From: a virus
Taxonomy: Duplodnaviria > Caudoviricetes
Virus record (IMG/VR): IMGVR_UViG_3300033121_001133
Location: 64,001-128,000 of that record
DNA: 64,000 nucleotides
Strand: one strand, 5' to 3'
Part shown: positions 1-9,546 of the stretch, piece after piece
Position numbering within the stretch: the stretch's first letter is position 1
Layout of the letters: the number at the start of each line of letters is the position of its first letter
Notes under the pieces: generated by a model
The model's database searches: none
What the model saw: the letters and a program-made list of their open reading frames with translations, nothing else
Told to the model about the DNA's origin: nothing
Program-made: the position numbers and the translations under genes

Positions 1-237
1 GCTGTAATTTTAGCCCTTTCTAGCTCCTTAGCTTTAGATGGTACGGGGCTGAACTTGAGTGGGTCTAGTGGAACAAGACCTCTAAGTTCAGGCTCCATTG
101 GGGTCTACATATCTGCTGCATCTTCATCAGCGCTGGATTTTACCACCGCAGTTTACGATATAGAGCTCGTTTCGGGTAGTAGAGTGGTTCGGTTGCTGGA
201 AGGGTCAGTTAAGTTGAGTAAAGAGGTTACTAGGTAA
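1..237 (+). CDS. Partial (5'-truncated) virion structural protein, beta-rich adaptor-like domain
   Basis: Frame 1 is open from base 1 to TAA at 235-237. The ending YDIELVSG...RLLEGSVKLSKEVTR is typical of phage baseplate/tail adaptor domains. Confidence 0.55.
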   Translation, partial: AVILALSSSLALDGTGLNLSGSSGTRPLSSGSIGVYISAASSSALDFTTAVYDIELVSGSRVVRLLEGSVKLSKEVTR

Positions 238-1151
238 TGAGCCGCAATGTCAACGTAATACAAACTTGTGGTTGTGGTCAAGTGGTTGAGTCTACGACTG
301 TGGTTGTACAAGAGCCTGCGGATAGGGAGATAGTTACTATAGAGCAACCAAACCCCAGTGTGGTTGTGGTCGTTGGAGGCATCTCCCAGCAAGTACCAGC
401 CCACAATCACAACGACTTATATTACACCGAGCCTGAGGTAGATGACATGCTTAGTGGTGTTGCGGCCATTCAAAATGACGTTGCGAATTTACTAGATGAG
501 CGGGCAAAGAGCTTAGTTTGGGTATTTTCCACTTCAACAGAGGACAGTGACCCAGGAGCTGGGGTGTTAAGGTTTGACAACTCAGACATAAGCAGCGTTG
601 GACAGATCTACATCGACAACCGAGACCAGTCTAACTGCGACCAAGCCTCGTGGATTAGTGGATGGGGCGGTCAACTGGTCATACAGGAGCTATACTACCG
701 AGCAAATTCAAGCATTTGGACCACATCGTCAAATACCATTGTGTTCCGAGTTGATTTGGTGAAAAATGCCAGTGGCTATAAGAAGATTAGGGTCAAGCTA
801 ATTCAAGGATCTCTTCCACAACCAGACGCCCTACTCCGGGTTGTTGGGGTGAGTAGCCCTCCTCTAATAGATGATGGTTCTGTGGTTGGAACTGCAAGTG
901 TAGTAGCCATTACGGGGACAACCGACGGCAGTGGTCGTGTGATGGTTGACCTGACAGCGGCAGTAGGCAATCGACCAGCACTCAATTCTGTGCGGTTTTT
1001 GGGAGGGCATGCAGTTGCGGGAGGACCCATAGTAGGTTATCCGACCAATTTAGCGTTATCAACTTTCACCGTCGAGTTCTACGACGTCCAGTCCAGTTCG
1101 TTGGCGTTAAAGCAGCAGGTTGTGCTTGTAGTCGTCGGAGTTGCTGCCTAG
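237..1151 (+). CDS. Tail-fibre-like structural protein
   Basis: HNHNDLYYTEPEVD motif common in fibre proteins, Val/Gly-rich beta composition, located in the structural module. Confidence 0.5.
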   Translation: MSRNVNVIQTCGCGQVVESTTVVVQEPADREIVTIEQPNPSVVVVVGGISQQVPAHNHNDLYYTEPEVDDMLSGVAAIQNDVANLLDERAKSLVWVFSTSTEDSDPGAGVLRFDNSDISSVGQIYIDNRDQSNCDQASWISGWGGQLVIQELYYRANSSIWTTSSNTIVFRVDLVKNASGYKKIRVKLIQGSLPQPDALLRVVGVSSPPLIDDGSVVGTASVVAITGTTDGSGRVMVDLTAAVGNRPALNSVRFLGGHAVAGGPIVGYPTNLALSTFTVEFYDVQSSSLALKQQVVLVVVGVAA

Positions 1152-1227
1152 CATATAGTTATATCGCTTCGGAGGTCCATTATTAGCGCGACTCGTGCTA
1201 CATATATGAGAGTAAATTACACAGCAC

Positions 1228-2367
1228 ATGAACATCCCAATATGGCCAGGTAGCTCATCCTTCTTTCCAGGAGACACGTCATTTGGTTACTATGATAATG
1301 ACCTAGCCTTTCAGCAAGACGCTGACAAGGTAGCAAAGTGGTGTGCTAGGAAGTTGGGATATCCTATGGTGGATGTAGAAATGCAGGCTACTGGATTCTA
1401 TGATGCGTTTGAGGAAGCGGTGACAGAGTTTAGTACGATTGTCAATATGTACAATGCGAAAGACTATATGTCTGTTCTGCTTGGATCATCCACCTCAAAC
1501 GAACTTTCTCAGAGGGTGATTTCTCCCAATATGGGAAGAGTAATTTCAATTGCTCAATCTTATGGCAGTGAGGCTGGATCGGGAGGTAATGTGGATTGGA
1601 AGAAGGGATACATTGACTTGTTGCCCGGAACAGCGAGCTATGATCTAGATGCTTTGTGGGCCGATCCTCAAGAAGCAAGTGCCAGCATCGAGATCAAACG
1701 AGTGTTTCACAATGCGACTCCAGCAATCTCAAGATACTTTGATCCACAAGTTGGTACAGGTGGAGCGACTCAACAGATGTTGGATAGTTTTGGATGGGGA
1801 TCTTACTCACCAGCTGTTAGCTTCTTGGTAATGCCAATGTATGCAGACGTGCTGAGAATGCAGGCAATTGAGCTAAACGATTTGATTCGCAAATCAGGGT
1901 TCAGCTTCACGTTGAGAAACAACAAGCTGCAAATCTCACCAATTCCAACTAGCACATTGAGGATGTGGTTTGAGTATGTGTTGACCGCAGACCGCAACAA
2001 CCCTCTCAAAACACCTTCAGGGTCAATTAGCGATCTAAGCAACGTTCCATACTCGAGGGTTGACTACTCCGATATTAACGACATCGGAAGGCGTTGGATT
2101 CTTCACTACGCTCTGGCTGCCGCAAAGGAGACATTAGGTAACATACGAAACAAGTATGCAACCATTCCTGTTCCGGGAGCAGAGGTGACTCTAAATGGAA
2201 ATGAGCTCATCACTCAAGCTAGAGAGGATAGAGCCAATCTAAGGCAGGAATTAACGGAATTGCTGCAGTCAATGACCAGACAGGGGCAGATGGAGCAGGA
2301 AGCTGCTATTGCAACTGCGGTTCAGGGACAGCTCAAGATGGTACCTACTTACATATACATCGGATAG
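1228..2367 (+). CDS. Neck protein (T4 gp13-like head completion)
   Basis: RKLGYPMVDVE and LG.IR.KY..IP.PG..VTLNG motifs of gp13-like neck proteins; synteny with neck/terminator/sheath genes. Confidence 0.8.
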   Translation: MNIPIWPGSSSFFPGDTSFGYYDNDLAFQQDADKVAKWCARKLGYPMVDVEMQATGFYDAFEEAVTEFSTIVNMYNAKDYMSVLLGSSTSNELSQRVISPNMGRVISIAQSYGSEAGSGGNVDWKKGYIDLLPGTASYDLDALWADPQEASASIEIKRVFHNATPAISRYFDPQVGTGGATQQMLDSFGWGSYSPAVSFLVMPMYADVLRMQAIELNDLIRKSGFSFTLRNNKLQISPIPTSTLRMWFEYVLTADRNNPLKTPSGSISDLSNVPYSRVDYSDINDIGRRWILHYALAAAKETLGNIRNKYATIPVPGAEVTLNGNELITQAREDRANLRQELTELLQSMTRQGQMEQEAAIATAVQGQLKMVPTYIYIG

Positions 2368-2368
2368 C

Positions 2369-2872
2369 ATGGCTCTTTACGGTAGTAGCCGAGATATAAG
2401 TCTGTTCGTCCACCTGAACAAGGAGCTACTGAACAACATTATTCAGCAGGAGGTAGATTATTACCAGGTGTATTTGCCTGAGACTGGGGCAGAGGGGATC
2501 GATGACTTATACGGTGAGGCCAGCGGTCAGAGAGCTTATTATGATCCAGTCAGGATAGCCTGTCTGATTGAGCGGCAAGATCTAAATACAATCGTGGAGG
2601 ATCAGACGGGGATGGATAAGACTCAGATCGTATCCTTTCGATTCCTTCGTCCTATGCTAAGGGAATACAATTTAGTTCCACTGGAAGGAGATATTATCGA
2701 AGTTAGAGGTAATTACTATGAGATCAACGCGATCAATCAGAACCAATTTGTCTTAGGTAAGGATGGAGAGTACCCTAAAAACGTAGGAAATGAGTTTGGT
2801 GAGAACTTTTCAATCATCTGTCAGACACATTTGACACGGGTGTCTAAACTACAAGTTGTACCACGACCATGA
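2369..2872 (+). CDS. Neck/head-closure protein (T4 gp14-like)
   Basis: Start reassigned to ATG 2369, directly after the gp13-like stop. DLYGEA and P.EGDII....YYEI motifs; synteny. Confidence 0.65.
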   Translation: MALYGSSRDISLFVHLNKELLNNIIQQEVDYYQVYLPETGAEGIDDLYGEASGQRAYYDPVRIACLIERQDLNTIVEDQTGMDKTQIVSFRFLRPMLREYNLVPLEGDIIEVRGNYYEINAINQNQFVLGKDGEYPKNVGNEFGENFSIICQTHLTRVSKLQVVPRP

Positions 2873-3681
2873 CACACGATCAAAAGCGAAAGCCAAAGAG
2901 CCAGTATGAGCTGACTAAAGGAGAGCCTGATCCTAGGTTTCCAAAGAGCGATCAGGTTAGAAGGGATCAAGACACTCTCAAGGAGCTTGTTATAGGGCTG
3001 AGAGACATTGACTACACCATCAAATGGTATTTTGACAATGTGATCAGGCCCCAAATAGAGGAAGCTGGTCAAGTTCGCGCTGTACCGACACTCTATGGAT
3101 CGCCTGAGAGATGGGCAAATGCTGAAAGTCGAGGGTTCCTGCGAGATAAGGAGGGCAAGGTGCAGGTACCTTTAATTATGTACAGGCGCACGGAGATTGT
3201 CAAGAACAAAACTCTCGGGTCAAAGGTAGACGCAAACTATCCACAACTCTACTACTCTAGCCAAGTCAGGTTCAATCAGACCAATCGGTATGATCAATTT
3301 AGTGTGCTGACTAACGCCAAACCCTCTCTAGGATTTACTAACACCGTAATACCGGACTTTGTAGACGCCACCTATGAGGTACTAGTCTGGACTGATTCAA
3401 TTAAGGATATGAATGGCATCCTAGAAGCCGTACTATACTCAGAGGGGTCTTATTGGGGGGAGCCTGATCGGTTTAAGTTTCGTGCCAAGATAGACAACTT
3501 CACTAATGTGACCGATCTTCCTCCTGACGGAGATCGAATTGTCAAGTCCAACTTCAACGTTCAGTTATCAGGGTACATCATCACAGATGCACTTGTGCGC
3601 AGCTTGGCCAAGAGGGACCCATTCATATCTCAGCAGCCAGATTCAATCCAGGTGAACACAACACCATCAGGTTCCTTCTAA
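2869..3681 (+). CDS. Tail terminator / sheath stabiliser (T4 gp15-like)
   Basis: VP.LYGSPERW...G.LRD...LP.I motif; position between neck and sheath genes. Confidence 0.65.
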   Translation: MTHDQKRKPKSQYELTKGEPDPRFPKSDQVRRDQDTLKELVIGLRDIDYTIKWYFDNVIRPQIEEAGQVRAVPTLYGSPERWANAESRGFLRDKEGKVQVPLIMYRRTEIVKNKTLGSKVDANYPQLYYSSQVRFNQTNRYDQFSVLTNAKPSLGFTNTVIPDFVDATYEVLVWTDSIKDMNGILEAVLYSEGSYWGEPDRFKFRAKIDNFTNVTDLPPDGDRIVKSNFNVQLSGYIITDALVRSLAKRDPFISQQPDSIQVNTTPSGSF

Positions 3682-3691
3682 CCATTACTAG

Positions 3692-4693
3692 ATGCCAATA
3701 TACTCGTCCTACTATAACGTCGTTGGTGACCAGATTTACCTTAAGGGGATAATCGGATCATCCTCCGTGTTTATATCAGGAACCCTGTTCATAACAGGCT
3801 CTCTACAGGCTCCATCAATTACCGGATCTCTTCTAGGCACCTCTTCATGGGCCCTTTCAGCCTCCTATGTCAATTTACTTGCCGGACCTAACATAACCAT
3901 CAACTATCAGCCCAACGGAATAGCTATATCGGGTTCCGGGGGCTCAGGATCACCAGGAGGTCCAACTAACTCGATCCAGTTTAACAATGCTGGCGCATTT
4001 AGTGGATCTTCAAACTTTACGTTTGACGGTGTATCAAACACGGTGATGCTGCAAGGTAGTGCCCAAATCACAGGCTCTTTGTGGGTTAGTGGAGGAGGAA
4101 TCACCGGATCTCTTCTTGGGACCTCTAGTTGGGCAGTAAGCTCTTCACGAGCTATAACTGCATCGTTTGCACTAACTTCTAGCTTGGCAGTAAGCTCTTC
4201 TTATGCATCAAGTTCACTAAGTGCATCATATGCAGCTACCGCGAGCTTCTATAATGACATAGGGTTAATCATAACCTGCTCTCAAGTTGATACAATAGGA
4301 AATCCCTCAAACACTACCCTCATATCTGTAACCGGTACCACAATGTCCCTTTCTCAAGGTGTGTGGCAGATTGTCTATCGAGGTACCTATCACGTACCAG
4401 CAACCACTGTTGGAGCATTATTCACACTAAGTGCGAGCGTGGCACCTAATCTGGTAGCTGGAATAGTCACATATACCGCGGGTATTGGTGACGATGGATC
4501 GTCCCTATTTGGTGTAATGGGAGGTGGCTTGCCTGTAGTATCTTCAAGGGTTACAACCAACAACGGTTTGAATGTACAGGCTATAGTACACACAACAGCT
4601 AGTTTGCCTATACACCTAGTTTTCCGATCAGAGGTGAATAATAGTGCCGTTACAGCTTCTTCAATAACCGGAATAGCGGTTAAGGTGGGATGA
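3692..4693 (+). CDS. Ser/Thr/Gly-rich fibre-like virion protein
   Basis: Repeated ITGSLLGTSSWA, SASYA repeats and a GG..SIQFN..G.F.G motif typical of fibre proteins. Confidence 0.6.
   Translation: MPIYSSYYNVVGDQIYLKGIIGSSSVFISGTLFITGSLQAPSITGSLLGTSSWALSASYVNLLAGPNITINYQPNGIAISGSGGSGSPGGPTNSIQFNNAGAFSGSSNFTFDGVSNTVMLQGSAQITGSLWVSGGGITGSLLGTSSWAVSSSRAITASFALTSSLAVSSSYASSSLSASYAATASFYNDIGLIITCSQVDTIGNPSNTTLISVTGTTMSLSQGVWQIVYRGTYHVPATTVGALFTLSASVAPNLVAGIVTYTAGIGDDGSSLFGVMGGGLPVVSSRVTTNNGLNVQAIVHTTASLPIHLVFRSEVNNSAVTASSITGIAVKVG
3821..4116 (+). repeat. Intragenic direct repeat ACCGGATCTCTTCT at 3821-3834 and 4103-4116
   Basis: Exact 14-nt repeat underlying the duplicated ITGSLLGTSSWA peptide. 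Confidence 0.8.
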
Positions 4694-4696
4694 GGT

Positions 4697-4706
4697 CTAT
4701 TTATAG
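4697..4706 (+). promoter_or_regulatory. Late-type promoter motif CTATTTATAG
   Basis: Member of the recurring (C/A)TA(T/C)TTAT motif; 16 nt upstream of ATG 4723. Confidence 0.65.
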
Positions 4707-4722
4707 TTAAACCCCCGGTTCC

Positions 4723-5001
4723 ATGAATATCAAGTTTACAGAGGACGAGTTAACGAGTATTAGAACAATCCAGCAGCGGTACAACACTCTAGGGATTCAA
4801 TTGATTCAGCTAGAGGTTAGTCGTAAGGAGATCGAGGATAGGTTGAGTTTGATCAGAGAACAAGAGGCCATACTGCGAGAGCAAATTCACTCAACTAATA
4901 AGGAGGAGAGGGAGTTGGCGAAAACTTTAGATACGAAGTATGGTGTAGGATCTTTAGACTTAGACACCGGGGAATTTACCCCAAAACCTAACCCAAAATA
5001 A
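4723..5001 (+). CDS. Small coiled-coil protein upstream of the sheath gene
   Basis: Heptad-like helix ending KYGVGSLDLDTGEF; preceded by the late motif. Confidence 0.6.
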   Translation: MNIKFTEDELTSIRTIQQRYNTLGIQLIQLEVSRKEIEDRLSLIREQEAILREQIHSTNKEERELAKTLDTKYGVGSLDLDTGEFTPKPNPK

Positions 5002-5020
5002 GGTTTAGGACCAAGATGTG

Positions 5021-5030
5021 ATATTTATTG
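5021..5030 (+). promoter_or_regulatory. Late-type promoter motif ATATTTATTG (sheath)
   Basis: Recurring motif in the intergenic gap before the sheath gene. Confidence 0.6.
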
Positions 5031-5057
5031 GAAACCGATTCTAACACAGGATAAACA

Positions 5058-7460
5058 ATGGCCGACGCGATAATCTCCCCAGGAGTATTCACAAATGTGA
5101 AGGACCTAACCTTCCTTCCTACAGGGATTGCCTCTATTGGGGCTGCAATTATTGGCCCTACCACTAAGGGCCCTGCCTTCGTTCCCACGGTAATTACCAG
5201 TTGGGAAGATTTCAAGGCTCTATATGGTGGAACTAGCGATGATACGTACGTACCTCATGCTGTGAGGTCTTACATTCAATCTGCTGCATCGGTGACAGTG
5301 GTGAGGGTGGTTCAGGAAGGAGGCTATGTGGCTTCCCCTATCATCATCTCCTCTGGTAGCTATGTACTGTCAGTATTGGGATTGACCACAACTGTGGGGC
5401 AGTCAAGTGCTAGCTTGGCCAGTGTTAACTTCCAAGCCATCTCTAGCGTATCGGCCTCATTCAGCGCTTCTGTGGTAATTGCCGGTGATAGCTCTAGCTT
5501 CACAGCCAGCTTGCTACCATCACAACCTAATTCTCTGATCAATCTATTCGGTGCTGGAGTTAATAGCACTAAGGATCTGTATAGCTACATCTGGGCTGGC
5601 GATTACATCACAAGGAATTCCTCAAGCATTACAGGGTTTACTGTTAACAGCAACACTCCTCTATCCTTTACTGGATCGTTTGGACAAGTCCGCGCTGCTG
5701 CAACCCCTTGGATCACCTCTCAGTATATGGAGGGAACCACCGGCACTAACCTATTCAAGGTGCACGCACTATCTGATGGTGATGCTAGCAACAGGTCGGT
5801 TAAAATTAGCATTGTCAATACAGCGTTGCCTGGTCAAATCACCGGTACCGACTACGGCTCATTCAATCTACTAGTCCGCACATTTGACGACACAGACCAG
5901 CGTCCGGTGGTATTGGAGACCTTTGCTAACTTGAACCTCGACCCTAACTCGCCAAATTACATTGCGCGTAGGATTGGAGACAAGCACCGTACAGCTACAA
6001 ACGAGGGACTGGTAACTGCAACCGGGGATTACGACAACGTGTCCAAGTATATCAGAGTGACTGTGCACGCTGACGTTGCTAGTCAGGCAATCACTCCTGC
6101 AGTATATCCTTTCGGATTCCGTGCCGTACTAAATCCTCTGCCAGGTACTTTGTACGTGGTGCCACCTGTAATGGTGACAAACAGCGGATCTGGAGTAGCA
6201 GGCTACATCAGCGCAACTCTGAACAACACTGAGATTAACGGAAGCTATAACAAGAAGGCTTTCTACGGTTGGAGCTACGGTACTGATGACAATGAGAACT
6301 TCCTAAAGGCTATTCCTTCTGCAAGTGCTGCTCACCCATCAGGCGCTTTCAACCTAAGCAGCTGCTACATTCACCCTGACAATACTGCTGTAGGCACAAG
6401 CTCTACCTTCGCAGCTTCGAGAATCATCTCCGCTTCCGTATTCACTGGAGCAGACGTGGCAAATACTCTGAGGTTCACCGTTCCTCTACAGGATGGTTGT
6501 GATGGTATGGATGCAGCTATTCCAAAGAACGTGGGAGCAGACATCACAGGTCAGAATGTATTTGGAATGAACTGCTCTTCAGTAGCAGCTTCAGGATCAG
6601 TGGCATATATCAAGGCGCTGAATGTGTTGAACAATAAGGAGGAGTACGACATCAATCTGATTTCTATGCCAGGTTTGAACGCTAACTCTCACCTTCCAAT
6701 CATTGAGAAGGCAATTGAGGTTGCTGAGGACCGTGGTGATGTGTTCGTAACCATTGATCCAATTGCACTAGGTACCGATAATGGCGTAGCTGATGCAATC
6801 AGCGCAATCGCTAATGGTAATTTTGATGCTAACGTTGCTGCAACTCACTGGCCTTGGATTAAGATCAAGGACGTTGATCGCAATAAGTTCATCTGGGTGC
6901 CCGCATCAGCATGCGCTCCACAGGTATTTGCACAGAATGACACTATTGGATATGAGTGGATGGGTCCTGCTGGTCTGACTCGTGGTGGTATCCTAGGAGC
7001 TGTTGACGTGGAATACAAGCTAACTCAGGCTCAGCGCGATGAACTATATCAAGCACGAATCAATCCAGTGGCAAACTTCCCAGGTCAGGGAGTGACTTTC
7101 TGGGGTCAGAAGACTCTGCAAGCACTTCCATCCGCCTTGGATAGGATCAACGTAGTCCGACTGTTGATTGCTTTGAAGAAGTACATCGCAAGCGCGTCTC
7201 GTTATCTGGTGTTTGAAAACAACACAACTCAGACTCGTGCAAGGTTCGTTAACATTGTAACTCCTTACCTTGAGACTGTTAAAGCTCGCCAAGGTTTGTA
7301 CGCCTACAAGGTTGTAATGGACGAGTCAAACAACCCAGCCAGCGTAATTGATGCTAATGAGTTGAAGGGAGATATCTTCCTGCAACCGGCAAAGGCTGCA
7401 GAATTCATCAGGCTTGACTTCAATGTTCTGCCTACTGGAGCATCTTTTGTTAACGGTTAA
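5058..7460 (+). CDS. Contractile tail sheath protein (gp18-like)
   Basis: N-terminal ISPGVF..E/KD and GP..KGPAFVP; C-terminal PAGLTRG, INPV..FPGQG..WGQKTL, DRINV.RL, VFE.N, P.KAAEFI motifs. Confidence 0.95.
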   Translation: MADAIISPGVFTNVKDLTFLPTGIASIGAAIIGPTTKGPAFVPTVITSWEDFKALYGGTSDDTYVPHAVRSYIQSAASVTVVRVVQEGGYVASPIIISSGSYVLSVLGLTTTVGQSSASLASVNFQAISSVSASFSASVVIAGDSSSFTASLLPSQPNSLINLFGAGVNSTKDLYSYIWAGDYITRNSSSITGFTVNSNTPLSFTGSFGQVRAAATPWITSQYMEGTTGTNLFKVHALSDGDASNRSVKISIVNTALPGQITGTDYGSFNLLVRTFDDTDQRPVVLETFANLNLDPNSPNYIARRIGDKHRTATNEGLVTATGDYDNVSKYIRVTVHADVASQAITPAVYPFGFRAVLNPLPGTLYVVPPVMVTNSGSGVAGYISATLNNTEINGSYNKKAFYGWSYGTDDNENFLKAIPSASAAHPSGAFNLSSCYIHPDNTAVGTSSTFAASRIISASVFTGADVANTLRFTVPLQDGCDGMDAAIPKNVGADITGQNVFGMNCSSVAASGSVAYIKALNVLNNKEEYDINLISMPGLNANSHLPIIEKAIEVAEDRGDVFVTIDPIALGTDNGVADAISAIANGNFDANVAATHWPWIKIKDVDRNKFIWVPASACAPQVFAQNDTIGYEWMGPAGLTRGGILGAVDVEYKLTQAQRDELYQARINPVANFPGQGVTFWGQKTLQALPSALDRINVVRLLIALKKYIASASRYLVFENNTTQTRARFVNIVTPYLETVKARQGLYAYKVVMDESNNPASVIDANELKGDIFLQPAKAAEFIRLDFNVLPTGASFVNG

Positions 7461-7469
7461 TACTTATCC
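7460..7469 (+). promoter_or_regulatory. Late-type promoter motif ATACTTATCC (tube)
   Basis: Recurring motif upstream of the tube gene. Confidence 0.55.
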
Positions 7470-7486
7470 TAAAGAGACCATAACCC

Positions 7487-7975
7487 ATGCCAAACCTAGT
7501 CGATAATAGTGAGATTTTCTTCACTCCCTTTGAACCAAAGGTTCAGAATCGATTCTTCCTCTATCTAGACGGAGTGCCATCCTTCTTGTGTAAGAAAGTG
7601 CAACGTCCAACCATCGATTGTGGTGAGGTTGTTCTGGATCACATCAACGTGCTGCGTAAGCTGAAGGGTAAATGTAAGTGGAGCGACATCAACCTAACCC
7701 TCTACGATGCAATTGTTCCTTCGGGAGCGCAAGCGGTAATGGAGTGGGTGAGAACCTCACATGAGTCTGTAACTGGAAGAGATGGATATGCTGACTTCTA
7801 CAAGAAGAACTTTGACTTGGCAGTATTAGGTCCGGTTGGTGACAAGGTTGAAAATTGGAAGATTGTAGGGGCTTATGTCAAGACTGCAGCGTTCGGTGAT
7901 ATGGATTGGTCAACCGAAACACAGGTGGAGATAGCACTAACCATAGCTATGGACTACTGCATTCTGGAATACTAA
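7487..7975 (+). CDS. Tail tube protein (gp19-like)
   Basis: FEPK..NRF, W.D.TLYD, G.DGY..YKK, E.W...GA motifs; directly follows the sheath gene. Confidence 0.9.
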   Translation: MPNLVDNSEIFFTPFEPKVQNRFFLYLDGVPSFLCKKVQRPTIDCGEVVLDHINVLRKLKGKCKWSDINLTLYDAIVPSGAQAVMEWVRTSHESVTGRDGYADFYKKNFDLAVLGPVGDKVENWKIVGAYVKTAAFGDMDWSTETQVEIALTIAMDYCILEY

Positions 7976-8035
7976 GAGAATCATATCAAATACACGCTGC
8001 TAATTTAACCTCCCCACTGCTGAACCCAGTGGACT

Positions 8036-8065
8036 AGGAAGCCCCCGCAAGGGGGTTTTCTTATT
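8036..8065 (+). terminator. Rho-independent terminator after the tube gene
   Basis: AGGAAGCCCCC-GCAA-GGGGGTTTTCT stem (11 bp including G-U pairs) with a GNRA loop and T-rich tail; preceded by a small CCACTG/CAGTGG hairpin (8014-8032). Confidence 0.85.
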
Positions 8066-8100
8066 ACCCGGCTAGGTACCTAAAGATTCTTTGCAGGAGA

Positions 8101-8110
8101 CTATGTATAG
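8101..8110 (+). promoter_or_regulatory. Late-type promoter variant CTATGTATAG
   Basis: One-mismatch variant of the recurring motif, located after the terminator and before ATG 8128. Confidence 0.55.
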
Positions 8111-8127
8111 GAAATAGGTTACTAATC

Positions 8128-8991
8128 ATGTCTAAAGTTGTATCCGACGGACCTCCACAAGCAAGAGTTCCAATTTCTGACGAAGAGCTAAAGGCTAAGT
8201 TTCTACAGGAGGCTGCCCAGAATCTGAAACCTTCTCCAGCAAGTGTGCCAACTGAAATAATCGAGCTTCCGTCGCGTGGAATGTTTTATCCCGAAGGCCA
8301 TCCCCTAACTAGTGGGAAGATCGAGATGAGGTATATGACTGCGCGAGATGAGGATATCCTCTCTTCCCAGACCCTAATCAAGCAGGGTTTGGTGGTTGAT
8401 AGGCTGCTGCAAAGCCTGATTGTTACTCCAGTCAATTATGATTCGATTCTATCGATCGACAAAGGAGCAATCTTCATCGCAGCAAGGATACTTGCCTACG
8501 GTAAGGATTATGAGGTGGAGATTACCTGTCCTAATTGCGGGGAGAAGGAGAAGAAAGTGATCGATTTGCAGCAGTTTGATGATAAGCAGGTAGATTGGTC
8601 TGCCTTTACTCAAGGTCAAACTACCCACACTTTCACTCTGCCTACTGGCAAACAGGAACTTACGCTGAAGTTTCTTACTCATGGGGATGAGAAGCGCATT
8701 GAAGCGGATCTTTTAGGTCTGCGAAAGCTGTCTAAACTGACTGGAGTGGATCCTGAGTTAACAACTCGACTGAGGCATATCATCGTTGCCGTCAATGGAG
8801 ATAGCTCTCAGGGAGCAATCACCAAGTGTATAGATGAGATGCTGTCTAGAGATTCTCTAGCTCTTCGTCATCACCTGAAGGCGGTTACTCCTGATCTTGA
8901 TACCAGAATCGATTTCACCTGCTCTAGCTGCGGCCATGAGCAACAAATGAACTTGCCTATCGGCATTTCCTTTTTTTGGCCTGGGGCTTGA
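8128..8991 (+). CDS. Tail/baseplate-hub assembly chaperone (gp26-like)
   Basis: LPS.G..Y, MTA.DEDIL, CP.CG and C..CG zinc motifs, ending FFWP; lies between tube and tape measure genes. Confidence 0.75.
   Translation: MSKVVSDGPPQARVPISDEELKAKFLQEAAQNLKPSPASVPTEIIELPSRGMFYPEGHPLTSGKIEMRYMTARDEDILSSQTLIKQGLVVDRLLQSLIVTPVNYDSILSIDKGAIFIAARILAYGKDYEVEITCPNCGEKEKKVIDLQQFDDKQVDWSAFTQGQTTHTFTLPTGKQELTLKFLTHGDEKRIEADLLGLRKLSKLTGVDPELTTRLRHIIVAVNGDSSQGAITKCIDEMLSRDSLALRHHLKAVTPDLDTRIDFTCSSCGHEQQMNLPIGISFFWPGA
8968..8980 (+). other. Candidate programmed frameshift site TCC TTT TTT TGG C
   Basis: Seven-T run at 8971-8977. The +1 frame is open from 8951 through to the stop at 9190. Confidence 0.6.
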
Positions 8992-9001
8992 GCACCGACG
9001 T

Positions 9002-9190
9002 GTGCTCCACGACCAGATATTTGACCTGATGTACTATGGCAACATGGGGTGGACTTACTCCGAGCTGTATGATCTACCAACTTACTTGCGTAAGTACTTC
9101 TTACTGAGGTTGGTTGATACTAGAAATAAGGAAGCCGAGGAGGCTAAGAAGAAGGCTAAGCCAACCTCCTCGAAGAGGGTTGTGAGCTAA
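9002..9190 (+). CDS. Small tail-assembly protein, probably the frameshift extension of 8128-8991
   Basis: GWTYSELYDLP..LR motif resembles the second ORF of chaperone pairs; GTG start with no promoter motif of its own. Confidence 0.6.
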   Translation: MLHDQIFDLMYYGNMGWTYSELYDLPTYLRKYFLLRLVDTRNKEAEEAKKKAKPTSSKRVVS

Positions 9191-9210
9191 CTAGGCTTTC
9201 TAACTGCGGT

Positions 9211-9220
9211 ATATTTATAG
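9211..9220 (+). promoter_or_regulatory. Late-type promoter motif ATATTTATAG
   Basis: Recurring motif upstream of ATG 9234. Confidence 0.65.
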
Positions 9221-9233
9221 GAAACTGAGATCT

Positions 9234-9539
9234 ATGTCTCTGCGCAAAATCATACAGAACATGATTAGGGAGGAGTATGATGAGTTGGTCAAGGACAATC
9301 AGATCAAGGAGGGTATAGTGTCTTGGGCAGGTGGAGTTGCTGATAATGTCTTGTATAGCATTATCAACAACTACAAGAGTATCAGGCAGACGGACATATT
9401 TAAGGACCCTAAGATCCGAGGCCTAGCTAGGACCTTGAAGATTAGTCAGAAGGAGTTAGAAGATAGAGTATCTAAGCTAGTTAAGAAGGATAGAGCCTTT
9501 CTTAAAGCCCTCGCCACTCAACGATATACAAAGCGATGA
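9234..9539 (+). CDS. Hypothetical protein with IREE/IKE leader, putative internal head protein
   Basis: Begins MSLRKIIQNMIREE...IKEG; preceded by the late motif. Confidence 0.55.
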   Translation: MSLRKIIQNMIREEYDELVKDNQIKEGIVSWAGGVADNVLYSIINNYKSIRQTDIFKDPKIRGLARTLKISQKELEDRVSKLVKKDRAFLKALATQRYTKR

Positions 9540-9546
9540 TTGATGG

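Noticed and set aside
1198-1209. CTACATATATGA as a late promoter for the neck gene
   Set aside because: Position fits, but the match to the consensus is too degenerate to call.
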